A stretch of 64,000 bases of DNA, from assembly GCA_012295275.1 (NCBI GenBank), contig CM022678.1:11780001-11844000 (forward strand). The letters run 5' to 3'. Of this stretch, positions 27,781 to 44,073 are shown in pieces. This stretch comes from Chrysomallon squamiferum (lineage: Eukaryota > Animalia > Mollusca). Each line of letters begins with the position of its first letter. The first letter of the stretch is position 1. The position numbers and the translations under genes were made by a program. A model generated the notes under the pieces. It was not told the origin of the DNA. It searched no databases and worked only from the letters and a program-made list of their open reading frames with translations.

Positions 27781-28628
27781 ATAATAATAATAGGAGCAGC
27801 AGCAGGAGCAACAGCAACAACAACAACAACAGTAGCAATAATAAATTCAAGTAACGTGGAAATTAAATTTTTGACAAGTTATATTATTCACAAAAAATGT
27901 TTAAACTAAAATGTATTAATTCAATTCACTTAGCACTTACAAGACTACAATATAATTTAATTTACATTCTAGTTAGGTTTAAATTTATAATGATTAATAC
28001 TGGCTTAAAAAAGAATAAAACAAAATAATAAAAGTAAAAAACAAAATTAACGAAAAGTTGACCCCAAACTCTAGTATTTAAAATTTAATAAAACAATTTT
28101 TGAAATAATCTATAAATTTAGTACATAATATAATAATATAAAAGAAAAACTCAAAAATATTAAATCATAAAATTCTGTTAATCGCATACCGAAATACTCA
28201 AAAATCAAGAATTTAAAATTCAGAAAAAGTTAGACAGGAATACTGACCCAGAAATAAAATACGACACATAAAAAGTCATCGGTTTATGAGAAAAATAAAA
28301 ATAAGTTAAAATATTCACATAAAAATGTAGAAAAAAGAAATAAAATCTTTATAAAAAAAATCCGAAACACAAAGAATATCTGTAAATTAACATCGAGAGA
28401 ATAAATTAAGAATTAATTTATAACATTTAATAATAATAACTGAAAAATACACATAACTTTAGAAATAGTAAGAATAATCTGATACAAAATCAATTTAGTA
28501 AAACGACAGCAACAACAAAAAAGAGAAAAGGTAAATAAATATCTAAACAAACAAACAAACAAAACAAATAAATAACTAAATGAATAAATAAATAAATAAA
28601 TAAAAAAATAAAAAAATAAATAAATGAA

Positions 28629-28663
<35 letters not shown>

Positions 28664-28719
28664 ACAAATAAATAAATGAATAAATAAATGAATAAATAAG
28701 TAAACAAACACTGACGTAC

Positions 28720-28750
28720 CTGCATCCATCCTCGACTCCTTTCTTTTCTG
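28720..28750 (-). CDS. Calmodulin-like EF-hand protein, 31-nt exon
   Basis: TTCGTTTCAG|CAGAAAAGAAAGGAGTCGAGGATGGATGCAG|GTACGT; 31 nt, phase 0-1 (as calmodulin exon 2); QKRKESRMDA(E); NAGNAG acceptor. Confidence 0.82.
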
Positions 28751-28991
28751 CTGAAACGAAACATGAAAAAGTGTAAACACTGATAAAATCACTTAGCACG
28801 TGGAAGTGTGTGGGTAGACATGGAGACAGGTGTGACTTGTAAACATACTCGAGTCTGTCATCTCCTACACTCACTCACTCAGATTTACTCGTTTTCCTCA
28901 GTTTCCCAGTTCGAAACGTTTCATCTTCATTACTCAGAAAACCAATAAATAAACAGATTTCTTCTTCTGCACAAGCTGCCTGCATGTCGTG

Positions 28992-29098
<107 letters not shown>

Positions 29099-30025
29099 TA
29101 TCTTTGTTTTGTTGTTCAAAGTACGAATGTACAAAACATCAAACACTTTCAGGTCAGCGTCATGTTCCCAGCTGTTGATGAATATAAATAAAGAAACAAA
29201 GAAAGAAATAGTTAAATACTAAAGAAAGAATTTTGTGTTTTCTTTCGTCGTACGATAATGACGATGACGATGACCACGATGTTAATGATGATGGTGATGA
29301 TGTCGAAGAATGATGACACACACACAGACACACGCACGCACGCACGCACAGAAACTGAGAAAGCGTCAACACGCACACTTCTAGACATACAAACGCACGG
29401 GTAGTTCAAATGATGGAAAATTAAAACAAAAAAGATTATCTTATCATTTTCAGTGTTGTAAATCTGAAAGTAATCTGCTTATCACACAAACTCGTCTGCC
29501 AGTTAATATTAATAATAAATAAAAAAATAAACCTGAAACATCTAGCAATAAATATTCATTTTATTCTTTCATAAAACAAAACACAAAAAAACCCATCTAA
29601 TCTATCTTTGACAAAAATTTCGCACAAAAACAAAATTGAAAATGTATCTCTTGCCTTCCATAACGAGAATAAAAATGCAAATAGTTGACAGTTTGATGTA
29701 AACATTTCGTCTGCATGCAACAGAATGATATTTTATTGCTGACTTTATTCACGTTTTGATAATTAATTCAGCTGTTTTCCATTCTATCTCGCAGCTGTCG
29801 GCTGTTACTAGGCGTGTCCCTGTGTGCAACGCGACGGTCAAGTCCACACGTTCTGTGACTGTCAGAGTCCGCGATCGAAACGCTGCAGCGTAGTGAAATA
29901 AGATTTGAAATGTTACACAAATAAACACTCGGAAAACACACACAAACAAACACACTCGCGCACATACTCACAAATACACGCACACAGGGAAACAGACGCA
30001 TTGTGAAACACATAACGACGCACGC

Positions 30026-30076
<51 letters not shown>

Positions 30077-30381
30077 AGGATTTCTACAAACACGTACAGG
30101 TTCGTACAACCTTTCACCAAGTGTTCATCAAAGCGAAAGGTCAAAGCAACAAAGGCCCCCCCGGGCTGGGGGACAAGCTAATTTCTGCGTCCGCTGAGAA
30201 ACAAAAGCAATAAAACATTTCACCGAGTTCTCCCCCCACCCCCGACAGCCTGGCGATAAAAACCGAGAATCACGCGTGAATTAATCTTTAACAGAAACAA
30301 AACTGCGTGAAAAAAACCCTAACACACATTTCCGTCAATACACGCACAGAAGCGAGCGCGTTTCTACCGTCGCGAGTGCTG

Positions 30382-30395
30382 GTTGTCATGGCAAC
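30382..30395. promoter_or_regulatory. RFX X-box
   Basis: GTTGTCATGGCAAC matches the palindromic X-box consensus GTTNCCATGGNAAC. Confidence 0.6.
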
Positions 30396-30536
30396 TGATA
30401 AATAAACAAACAGCATTAATACGTAGCGTGTAGATATGGGCGACGGTTTGTTTAGCGTGGAAATTAAATGATTATTAGCTGCAGTTCGAGGATAATGGAA
30501 CATTTAGAAACTGGGAGCGGAGAGATAACAGTGAAG

Positions 30537-30608
<72 letters not shown>

Positions 30609-30879
30609 TAGACAGACAGGTAGGTTGGTAGGTAGATAGATAGATATATATATATATATATATAGATAGATAGAGTAATAAATCGACAGATAAATAGATA
30701 GGTGAATAGAGAGATGGATGCGTGAATGGATGGATAGACAGACAGAATTAGAGAGATAAATAGGTAAATACATAGAAAGACAGGCAGACAGACAGACTGA
30801 CAAAAAGACAGAGACAGAATGAGAGACAGACAAAGAAAGGTAAATAAATTATGAGAGACTGAGAGAGAGAGATAGAGAG

Positions 30880-30973
<94 letters not shown>

Positions 30974-31637
30974 AGATGGGAAACAAATAAGTGAAAGAAG
31001 CAAAAGTAAAAAAAGAGAAGTCTACATAATTTGGAAACAAATATGTCACCAGCGGTCTTCCATACACAGTAGCATATGCTAAGAAATATTAGTTTATGGA
31101 CATGCTGACAGTTGAGGGAAACATTATCACACAAATTGATGTCATGGTAAAATGACTGATTGCATTTCCTAGCCGCGACGCGAGTGCTGAAGCCGGCTCA
31201 TCCCGAGGGTGACCGAAATAAACCGATAAAGTGGAGAAATTCATACGTCTAAGTAGGCCCAAGGGAGATAACTGCTTCGTCAGAGATATGAATCACTTAC
31301 ATTTACAAACCAGTGGCGCAGTAAACAGGCTCTGTGAGTAAATTAATGTGACGCATCAAGGGCGATTTTATTCAGTGTTAGAGATGGATGTATTATAATC
31401 TCTCTCTTTCATGTTGCCATTAATTTCCAAGATGTAACGCCATACTCGGTTATCTCTGCCACCTTTGTTTATTAAGAGTAATATTGAACTCAGGTCTACG
31501 CCTTTTAAGCAGAGGTTGTTGTTTTTTTTTAATATGGTGTCGGTAAAGAAGAAAATGAAGAGGGGGGAGCGATAGGGTGAGAGAGAGAAAAACAGATTGG
31601 CTCAAAGAAAGAGAATTCCAAATAGAGACGGAAAGGG

Positions 31638-32392
<755 letters not shown>

Positions 32393-33223
32393 TTTAACAT
32401 TCTATTAGTGTCAATGGAGATAATACTGATGTCAGAAGAAATGTTCTGAAGTAAAACAAGTTTACTGAGTTTTATAGAATTAAAAAAAAGAAAATCTGTT
32501 ATCTGTTTATACGTGCACTAGTACTAGCAGTACAATTTTGAGTAAATCTCCAGTAACTAGAGGTAGATGTCGTCACGTCTTTTAAAAAAACATGTTTCTC
32601 TTTTATATACTAAGTGTCACGTGGTCTTGTAGATAAAACCGAGACCGGTTTCAGAATTTGTCTACCGAGATCAGGTTAGCTTCGTACTGTTTTATCTTAA
32701 AACTGTAGGTGTTTTTGTTTGCTTATTTTTTCTTTCGTTCTTTCTTCCTTTCTTTTATTTTTTGTTCTTTCTTTATTTATTTTTCTATTTTCTTTCTTTT
32801 CTATTTTGTATTTTAGTCGTCCAGTGTTGTCGAAACTGAGTAAAAATCTTAATTAGTGAATTAAATAATTAGTGGGTTTCACTACACAGCAGCGAACTGC
32901 AGATTGTGACAAGATTGCTGAAACAAATAATTATATTTGTATAACCTTTACAATTATTATTATTATTATTGCTGTTGTTGTTTTTGCCGTTGTTGTCATT
33001 GCTATTGTTATTACTGCTATTACTCTACTACTACTACTACAACTACTACTGCTGCTATTATTGTTGTTGTTGTTGTTGTTGTTGTCGTTGTTATTATTAT
33101 TAATATTAATACCTCATTCGCTAAATAAAATAAAAAGTAAAATGACAAACAAACAGAGAATTGAAAGTACCAGGCAGTCTGATGCTGACGAAAAATCACG
33201 TAAACTGTTCTCAACGAGATTGT

Positions 33224-33427
33224 GTTGCTATGGCAACGTTTGGGCAGTGTGTGGTTATTTCATTGACCTCGCTCTGTTACCCACTGCACTGCTCATTACG
33301 TTCATCTCAGAGTAGCACCGAGAAGTCAAGTGTTTACAAAAAACGTAAGCAACTGTAGTTAATATGCAACCGATACCATGGCAACAAAATAACGTTAGCG
33401 TTAACGTCACTGAAATAGTCACGTGAC
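33224..33427. promoter_or_regulatory. RFX X-box pair plus palindromic E-box
   Basis: GTTGCTATGGCAAC (33224-33237), GATACCATGGCAAC (33372-33385), GTCACGTGAC (33418-33427). Confidence 0.6.
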
Positions 33428-35266
33428 CTCCAACTGTCGCACTGCGATACGGCTGATATATGAAGATAGATGTTTGTACCTCCCCAACAGTGTGTAATAG
33501 TATATATACAACAAGAAGTAGTAGTACATATACAGACTCACACTGAATAATTTTGTTTTAAAATAATAATAATAAGAAGAAGAAGAAGGAGAAGAAGAAG
33601 AAGAAGAAGAAGAAGAAGAAGAAGAAGAAGAAGAAGAAGAAGAAGAAGAAGAAGAAGAAGAAGAAAAAAGAAGAAGAAGAAGAAGAAGAAGATGATGATG
33701 AAGAATAATAACAAGAACAAAAACAATACTTATGAATCACTATATCACAGAAACCCTATATATATATATATAAAAATAATAATAAAACTATATATATAGA
33801 TATATATATTTTAAATTACCGAATAAATGAAAGATTAATAAATCAAAATAAATAAATAAATAAATAAATAAATAAACAAACAAATAAACAAATAAACAAA
33901 CAAATAAATAAATAAACAAATAAACAAACAAATAAACAAATAAACAAATAAACAAATAAACAAACAAACAAATAAACAAATAAACAAATAAACAAATACC
34001 TTATGAGAGGATTAGCAAGCACGTCCTGCTGGCCTGGAATCGCTTTCAGGAAGAAAGAGTCGAGTTCAGTCCTAACCAGCCCCACTGTGTCACCATTCCA
34101 CTGACTAATTACAGCAACACCCCGCCGAGCGACCTCTGGTGACAAATTGAAGTGCCGGCGACACGCTGGGTGCGTGATGGTTAATCGTTGCCAATATAGC
34201 GCGCGCACAAGTGGCGGGAATGGACACGTTCTCACGTGACAGTCTGTTTGGCCGGTACCGTAAGCAGGTTCACTGAGCGAGCACAGCTAAAGTTTGGCGG
34301 GAAACCAAAATTAATATCTGGTGCGCTGTGCGAGTGGAGGAATGTAATTAGACAGAAACTGCATGGAGGATATCTGAACGTTCAAGGGGGTGGTAGATAA
34401 CTAAGGTTTTCTTCTGCTGTTAGGAAATGATGGGCTGATTGTTTAAACTGATGGTTGTACAGTTTAGACTTATTTGTTGCGTGGGTTACGGAAGAGGAAT
34501 GGAAATGAAGAAAAATACGTGCAAAGTTTTGTTTCTGAATAAACGCAGTAAAAGCCATTTTGAACTCACAATAATCTTTTTTTAAATTTATGGAACGACA
34601 AACTGAAAGCTTAATTTTCTAGTTAACTATTAATAAATAAATAAATAAATATATTTTTTATATACAAACACACATGTGTTTGTGTGTATGTTTATTATAT
34701 GTGGACGTGTGTGTGTGCGTGCAGCTCATCTTGTATTGGCCACGTTGGACAGGTAAGTGAGACGTGTTTCAGCTGCTTCACACATCACGAAGATTGGTCT
34801 GACGCAATCGTGTTTCTAATAGCAACCAGCTCGCCCGAAACGAGGTACATAATTTAGTGTCAGACGTCTGCACCACGTGTCAGAGGTCACTGGATCAAAC
34901 CCAGAAATAGGAACAGAGAAATATTTGACTGTACAGGTCAAAGTTTGTTGTGTTTCCGAGTTTTTCTTTTTCGTCTTCTTTTCATCAAATACTCTTTTCC
35001 TCATGTGTGCGTACGAGTGTGTGTGTTATTGTTGTCGTTATTATTATTATTAATATTATTGTTGTTGTTGTTGTTGTCAAACCACAAATACTATTATTAT
35101 CATTAACTGCTAGTACTGTAGCACTATGAATAACAACAACAACAACAACAACAACAACAAGGTATATATATATATATATATATGTCACCGATGGCTTTCC
35201 GTACTAAATTATTAATTTATCTGAATACAAGCAGAATATAATCAGAGACTGTACTACTGAGAGTGT

Positions 35267-35757
<491 letters not shown>

Positions 35758-36410
35758 ACAGATTGTAACTGAAGTGACATTTACACAGAATAAACGGAAT
35801 TTTCCCAGCTGTTACTAAAACTATCATTTAACGGTCGTTTACCCTTAATTAATTAATTACAGAATTCCCGTATTAGTGAAAGGATACAGTCTGTTAAACT
35901 GTGCACAGTAAAAACTCGTACAAGCAGCAGCTGTACATTATTATTTCATTTTTCTTTATGCAAATGTGTGCGTGTTGGAGTGTGTGTGTTGGTATGAGTG
36001 TGTGTGTGTGTGTGTGTGTGAGCGTGTGTGTGCTTGAATGTGAGCGTCTGTGTGTGTGTGTGTCTATGTGTGTTGGTATGAATGTGTCTGTGAGTGTGTG
36101 TGTATGTGTGTTTGAGTGTGTGTATGTGTGATGATTCGTGTATGTGTGTATGTGTGTGTGTGTACGTTTAACCCAATCGTGTCGTTATTAGTTTGTACGG
36201 TTTGATTAATATGATCATAATAATTATAACGTAGGTATGATCAGCACATATTGATGATCATGATGATAATTATGAACACGGTAAAAACGAACATGGTGAC
36301 GTGAATGATATAATGATAACGAGATAATGATGATGGTGGTGGTAATATTGATCAACTAATAATAATAATAACAACAATAATAATTACAATAATAATAATA
36401 ATAATAATAA

Positions 36411-36441
<31 letters not shown>

Positions 36442-36797
36442 AAGAAGAAGAAGAAGAAGAAGAAGAAGAAGAAGAAATACACGTCGGTTGCATCATTAAA
36501 TAAATCTATTATTATTTAGTTATTTCAAGAAAATGTTCTCTTTGACCCTTTTTGTCATCTGAAAAGAAGACAAAATTAATAAAAATAAATAAAGTCCACA
36601 GATATTTCTTCATTTACGTAGAAAAAACAGAAAAATAAAACATGCACCGCGTGACACACAGTGAATTAATAAATAATAATAATAATAATAGTAATAAAGA
36701 TTTATTAAAAAAGGAAAAGAAAAAAGAACTGATTGTTTCATAAATAAAATATCGATCTCTGTTTCTTTGTCTACGACTGTACACACATTGACTTACT

Positions 36798-36870
36798 CAC
36801 GTGTTCCGGAAATTGGCGACGTTTCAAACATGGCGACACTTATTGTTCCCGACGATCATAGCGGAAGTTA
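36798..36870. promoter_or_regulatory. Promoter-like motif cluster (E-box, ETS x2, YY1)
   Basis: CACGTG, TTCCGGAA, AACATGGCG and GCGGAAGT within ~70 bp of CpG-rich sequence. Confidence 0.5.
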
Positions 36871-37047
36871 AACAATAGACAGAACTGCCGACTCGTATCA
36901 AAGGTTAGACGCAGGTAAACTCGACTACAAAGTGAGCCGAGGTATTAAGTTGAAATACCGTAAACTGTATCGATTGACGAGTTAGGAGAAACACGCTGAC
37001 AGAGAGAAAAATAAACACGTGGAGAGACAGAGAGGGTTAGACGAAAC

Positions 37048-37268
<221 letters not shown>

Positions 37269-37700
37269 CAGGCTATCAGTATTTGTAAGTAAAAGACACA
37301 TATGTATGTATTTGATTTTATGGAAGTGGTTAGTGTAGTCTAATTTTAACGAAGTTAAGTTTTCATTGCAAATAACATCGTGAGACCCGAGTCTTCCGTT
37401 TTACTCACAGAACTCACATGCAGGACAGGCGTGCTTTATCCCACGTCAACGCTTTAATTAATTTTACACATCAGAAAATGTTTTTCATTCAAGAAATAAA
37501 AAAAGAACAAAATGAAAAAGAACACACGAAATAGTGGAATGGACTTCACGACAACAGCAATTATGTTTAAATTGAACGAAAGTGTAAAAACAGAAAAAAG
37601 TAATTAAAAATCTCCCACAGAGGAGAACCCAATTGTCTCAATTGAATCTTTTGAAGTGGAATATTTGTCGTTATATTTCGCGCTTCTTCGGAAACATTGC

Positions 37701-37715
37701 AGCGCCATCTAGCGA
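37701..37715 (-). promoter_or_regulatory. CTCF-like motif
   Basis: Minus strand TCGCTAGATGGCGCT resembles the CCASYAGRKGGCRS consensus. Confidence 0.55.
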
Positions 37716-38299
37716 CTGTTTCATATCATCAATTACCGTTCACGAGGCTGCGTCTAATCATCGACAACGTGGTTATCTGAGAGCGAGGCGCTAAGTTCGA
37801 CTGTAATCGTTTTACGTGTCTCCGCTGGGAGGATTTAATTTGTACGCGAGACGGAGCCGTGCAAACCGAGCAGAAGTTTACACGTGCGCGCTTTCCAATC
37901 TGTCACCTGCAGCTCGTGCTGCCCACAAACTTTAAATAAGAAAACAGAAATTATGAAATGAAAAAAAAAAAAGAAGGAAAAAAAAAAAAAAAAAAATAAA
38001 ATGATGGTGTAACACAGAAAGACAAGTAAAAGGTGAAAGTTTGCTAAGCTGATAAACTTTTAGAAAAAGAAAGAAAAGACAAGAAAAAGAAAGAAAAGAC
38101 AAGTGAAAGGAAAGAAAAGACAAGTAAAAGGAAAGAAAAGACAAGTGAAAGGAAAGAAAAGACAAGAAAAAAAGAAAAGACAAGTGAAAGGAAAATTTCT
38201 GTTGTATCTTTTCTTCGTCTCCGCACCATTTTCCTTCTCACTTTCACTGATTATCTCAGCCTCTACCGCTGTATGTCTGTCTGTCTGTCTGTCTGTCTG

Positions 38300-40720
38300 T
38301 CAGTCCATCTCTCTATCTCTGTATATCTGTATTTACCTATTTCTATATCTATGTATTTACCTATCTCTGTATCTATGTATTTACCTATCTCTGTATCTGT
38401 GTATTTACCTATCTCTGTATCTGAGTATTTACCTATATCTATGTATTTACCTATATCTGTATCTATGTATTTACCTATCTCTGTATCTGAGTATTTACCT
38501 ATATCTATGTATTTACCTATATCTGTGTATCTCTATTTACCTATATGTGTGTATTTACCTATATCTGTGTATTTACCTGTATCTGTATATCTGTATTTAC
38601 CTATATCTGTGTATTTACCTATATCTGTATATCTGTATTTACCTATATCTGTGTATTTACCTATATCTGTGTATTTACCTATATCTGTGTATTTACCTAT
38701 ATATCCATATTTTTACCTATATCTGTGTATTTTATATCTATATCTGTGTATTTACCTATATCTGTGTATTTACCTATATCTGTGTATTTCTGTGTATTTA
38801 CCTATATCTCTGTGTATTTACCTATATCTATGTATTTACCTATATCTGTGTATTTACCTATATCTATGTATTTACCTATATCTGTGTATTTACCTATATC
38901 TGTGTATTTACCTATATCTGTGTATTTACCTATATCTGTGTATTTACCTATATCTGTGTATTTACCTATATCTGTGTATTTACCTATATCTGTGTATTTA
39001 CCTATATCTGTGTATTTACCTATATCTGTGTATTTACCTATATCTGTGTATTTACCTATATCTGTGTATTTACCTATATCTGTATTTACCTGTATCTGTG
39101 TTTATTCTACCTATATCTGTTTACCCGTATCTGTGTATTTACCTATTTCTTTATCTATGTATTTACCTATCTCTGTATCTATGTATTTACCTATCTCTGT
39201 ATCTGAGTATTTACCTATCTCTGTATCTATGTATTTACCTATCTCTGTATCTGAGTATTTACCTATCTCTGTATCTGTGTATTTACCTATCTGTGTATCT
39301 GTGTATTTACCTATATCTGTATATCTGTATTTACCTATATCTGTGTATTTACCTATATCTGTATCTGTGTATTTACCTGTATCTGTATCTGTGTATTTAC
39401 CTATCTCTGTATCTATGTATTTACCTATCTCTGTATCTGAGTATTTACCTATCTCTGTATCTATGTATTTACCTATATCTATGTATTTACCTATCTCTGT
39501 ATCTGAGTATTTACCTATCTCTGTATCTGAGTATTTACCTATCTCTGTATCTATGTATTTACCTATCTCTGTATCTGAGTATTTACCTATCTCTGTATCT
39601 GAGTATTTACCTATATCTGTATCTATGTATTTACCTATCTCTGTATCTGTGTATTTACCTATCTCTGCATCTATGTATTTACCTATATCTGTTTCTATGT
39701 ATTTACCTATCTCTGTATCTATGTATTTACCTATATCTATGTATTTACCTATATCTGTATCTATGTATTTACCTATCTCTGTATCTATGTATTTACCTAT
39801 CTCTGTATCTATGTATTTACCTATCTCTGTATCTATGTATTTACCTATCTCTGTATCTGTGTATTTACCTATCTCTGTATCTGTGTATTTACCTATCTCT
39901 GTATCTGTGTATTTACCTATCTCTGTATATCTGTATTTACCTATCTCTGTATCTGTGTATTTACCTATATCTGTATCTATGTATTTACCTATCTCTGTAT
40001 CTGTGTATTTACCTATCTCTGTATCTATGTATTTACCTATATCTATGTATTTACCTATATCTGTGTATTTACCTATATCTATGTATTTACCTATATCTAT
40101 GTATTTACCTATATCTGTATCTATGTATTTACCTATATCTGTATCTATGTATTTACCTATCTCTGTATCTATGTATTTACCTATATCTGTATCTATGTAT
40201 TTACCTATCTCTGTATCTATGTATTTACCTATCTCTGTATCTATGTATTTACCTATATCTGTATCTATGTATTTACCTATCTCTGTATCTATGTATTTAC
40301 CTATCTCTGTATCTGAGTATTTACCTATATCTGTGTATTTACCTACATCTGTGTATTTACCTATATCTGTGTATTTACCTGTATCTGTGTATTTACCTAT
40401 ATCTGTGTATCTGTATTTACCTATATCTGTGTATTTACCTATATCTGTATATCTGTATTTACCTATCTCTGTATCTATGTATTTACGTATATCTGTGTAT
40501 TTACCTATATCTGTGTATTTACTTATGTCTGTGTATTTACCTTTATCTGTGTATTTACCTATCTCTGTATATCTGTATTTACCTATATCTGTGTATTTAC
40601 CTATATCTGTGTATTTACCTATATCTGTGTATTTACCTATATCTGTGTATTTACCTATATCTGTGTATTTACCTCTCTCTGTGCATCTATCTCTGTATCT
40701 ATGTATTTACCTATATCTGT
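38300..40720. repeat. 18/24-bp minisatellite
   Basis: GTATTTACCTATATCTGT (18) and GTATTTACCTATCTCTGTATCTAT (24), about 2.4 kb. Unit lengths divisible by 3 explain the 367/794/888-aa pseudo-ORFs. Confidence 0.97.
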
Positions 40721-41497
40721 GTATCTCTATGTCTTTCAATCTTTCTGTGTGTCTCTCTCTGTCTCTCTGTCTCCCTGTCTCTCTGTCTATCTACCAGTCT
40801 ATATATTATTATTTTCTACCACATACACTTTCTCTCTTTCCCCAAACCTTTAGCCGTCCGTATACAATACTCCCTCCCTGCCCTACCCCGCCCAGCCCCT
40901 GCCCTACCCCGCCTAGCCCCAGCTCCTAGCGTTGCCTGACAACAGGTTTTTATAATATTGATCTGTGTGAGAAAACTCTACACGTGTAGTTGTGTTATCT
41001 CAGACAGGTCACAGTGACCTCAGAGAGATTTTTGATTAACCTGTACACACACATACAGATACACACACTCACACAGACACACACACACACAGACATACAC
41101 ACAGACACACACACAGAGGCACACACACACAGACACACATACACAGACACTCACATCCACACACATAGACACACACAGACACACACACACTCATATACAC
41201 ACACTCACATACACACATATACATACACACATACATACAGACACACATACACAGACACCCAGACACACAGACAGACACACATACACAGACAGACACAGAC
41301 ACTCACACACACACATATACATACACACATACACCCGTCATCATAATCATCATTTAATAATAATCATTATCATTGTCATTATTGTTATCATCATCATCAT
41401 AATCATCAGGACATGACTAATAAGGTTCAGTGTGGTGTATATGAGGAGCTTTACATCAAGTAGCAAACCAGCCAGGACAGAAGACAGCAGACAAGAA

Positions 41498-41722
41498 AAA
41501 ACATTTTTAAATTACTCTCTGAAACATTTTTAAATTACTCACTGAAACATTTTTAAATTACTCTCTGAAACATTTTTAAATTACTCTCTGAAACATTTTT
41601 AAATTACTCTCTGAAACATTTTTAAATTACTCACTGAAACATTCTTAAATTACTCTTTGAAACTTTTTTTAAATTACTCTCTGAAACATTTTTAAATTAC
41701 TCTCTGAAACATTTGTAAATTT
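41498..41722. repeat. 23-bp minisatellite
   Basis: GAAACATTTTTAAATTACTCTCT, about 9 copies. Confidence 0.93.
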
Positions 41723-41771
41723 CCTCACTCTAATCATTTTACAGCTGTATGATTTCAATATCAAATCTAGG

Positions 41772-41816
<45 letters not shown>

Positions 41817-42447
41817 GTTGTTGTTATTATTTTTATTACTTTTTTTTAAATCTCAGTTTTGACTTGAAAACAGTGTGAGATAGATTTTTTCATATACAAA
41901 GATTTACGATCAGTGTATGTATTTGTGCACGCCTGCATGTATGTGTGTGTTTATGTATGTATTTATGCACGCCTGCATGTGTGTGTGTGTTTATGTATGT
42001 ATCTGTCTTCATCACGCGTGTGTCTGTGTTTCTGTGTCTGTGTATGTGTCTGTATGCTATGTGTGTCTGTCTGTGTATGTCTTCTGTGTGTCTGTGTGTG
42101 TCTGTGTGTCTGTCTGTGTGTCTGTCTGTGTGTCTGACTGTACGTATGTCTGTTTTAAACATTGTAGTTCAGCCTGGCAGACGTTAATGAACTCGTCATA
42201 AAAACTTTCTTTTTAACGGACACTTTAAATAAACACGATAACTGATTTAATTTGCCAGGGCAGACAAAAATTAATTATAAAAAAATACTGGAAAATAATC
42301 AGAAAAATGATTTATATCAGACTTCCTCTGATAGTGTAATCTAAGCCTCACAGATAAAAAACACAATTACAAAACAAAACTATTTTTTATCAAATTTTCC
42401 GATGATGTAAAACAAACGTTACAGATAAGACACTGTTTTTAACGTAA

Positions 42448-42500
<53 letters not shown>

Positions 42501-43084
42501 TAAAATATATATATTTTATCAAATTTTCCAGTGATGTAAAATGGAAGTAATAGATAAGCGACACGATTCGAGAATTAAAATATTTAAAATAACGTTATCA
42601 CGTGACATAGAAATCCAGATAAAACATCGAATAGCGAGATCTCCAGCACGAAGTGATATTAATAACAAACAAAGCTGATAAGGAAAAACTGTGTTCTGTT
42701 CATTTCTGTTCCGGTTTTTTGTCTCTCAAAAATAGCTCTTTTCAGATTAAAGATTAAAATAAAATGTTTGTTAGCATTGTCGTCATGGATGTCTTAGAAT
42801 CATTAACTCTAAATCTTTATAATCCTGGATTAATATATTGTTCAAGGCTAGAATTAAAATATACGAATAAGCTAGGATTAAAATAGGACGTCAGAAAAGT
42901 AACTGGTATAAAGATAATTAATCAGAGAGATAGATTTAAAACATGACGTAAAACTGCGTTAAAGTATCAGATAGTGTTATAGCAGGAACTGAAATTTTAC
43001 TGTAAATCAGAATTAAATTATTCTGAAAATCTGATATAAAAATAAATTAATAAATAAATAACAATAATAATAAATAATAATGAT

Positions 43085-43221
<137 letters not shown>

Positions 43222-43520
43222 AAAAAGACAGAGATTTATCAGGATTAAATGATGACGTGAGACAAAATAAACTGTAAACATAAATCAAGATTTTATTACG
43301 ACATCAGGTAAAGATTAAAAATTGCAACTACATCAACAACACTTTTGGACGTTCATAATTTAGACATAAAAATGAAATGAACTGGATGTGGCTGTTCGGG
43401 ACAGTCAACGCAGTGAGATACTGATACGCGAATCACGGGAACGACAGAAGCGTTCTCGTGAATATTGATAGTCTACTTAATGTCGTTTCCCGCCATATGT
43501 CACGCGCTCTAAACAGCAGA

Positions 43521-43740
43521 CGACCAGAGGGCGCCACGACCCGGGTTTTGTTATCTGCTGCCAACCTGCTCCGGACGAAACAAAACATTATTTCATATCT
43601 CGCTTCTTTGAAAACAAATAATAAATAAATAAAAATAAATATACAAAGGGGTAAATAATACGCAATAATTCGATAGTAATTCCCTGGGCGTGTTAAGTTT
43701 AAAATCAATAAATAAACAAAACGTACGCTAGAGGGCGCTG
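43521..43740 (+). promoter_or_regulatory. Two co-oriented CTCF-like motifs
   Basis: CGACCAGAGGGCGCCA (43521-43536) and ACGCTAGAGGGCGCTG (43725-43740). Confidence 0.6.
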
Positions 43741-44073
43741 CAGTACGTTCAGATTTCGAGACGACTGTTAAACCTAATAATGATATTATTACTATCACGT
43801 CTACTATGACGTAAAGGACTATGACGATAATGATGATGGTGATTACTGTTACTGTATCTACGTCAGTCGCATACTTAGTTACATGTCTAACATTCGTCTA
43901 TATATTAGTGATTCCGTCGGTCCATCTATTCATTCATCTGTGTATCTGTGTGTGTATATATGCAGTTTAAGATTATGAATATTTTCTGTCGTATGTACGT
44001 CTGAATAGACTCTGCACACAGACAATATTCGGGAACGCACTGGCGCAGGAGGACAAAGTCCAATCACGACCTC

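Noticed and set aside
31301-31331. 31-nt minus-strand AG...GTAAGT segment as a mutually exclusive alternative to the 31-nt exon
   Set aside because: Splicing it to the 144-nt exon creates TAA at the junction.
38103-40939. 367-, 794- and 888-aa ORFs
   Set aside because: They translate an 18/24-bp minisatellite; all three frames are open simply because the units lack stops and are multiples of 3.
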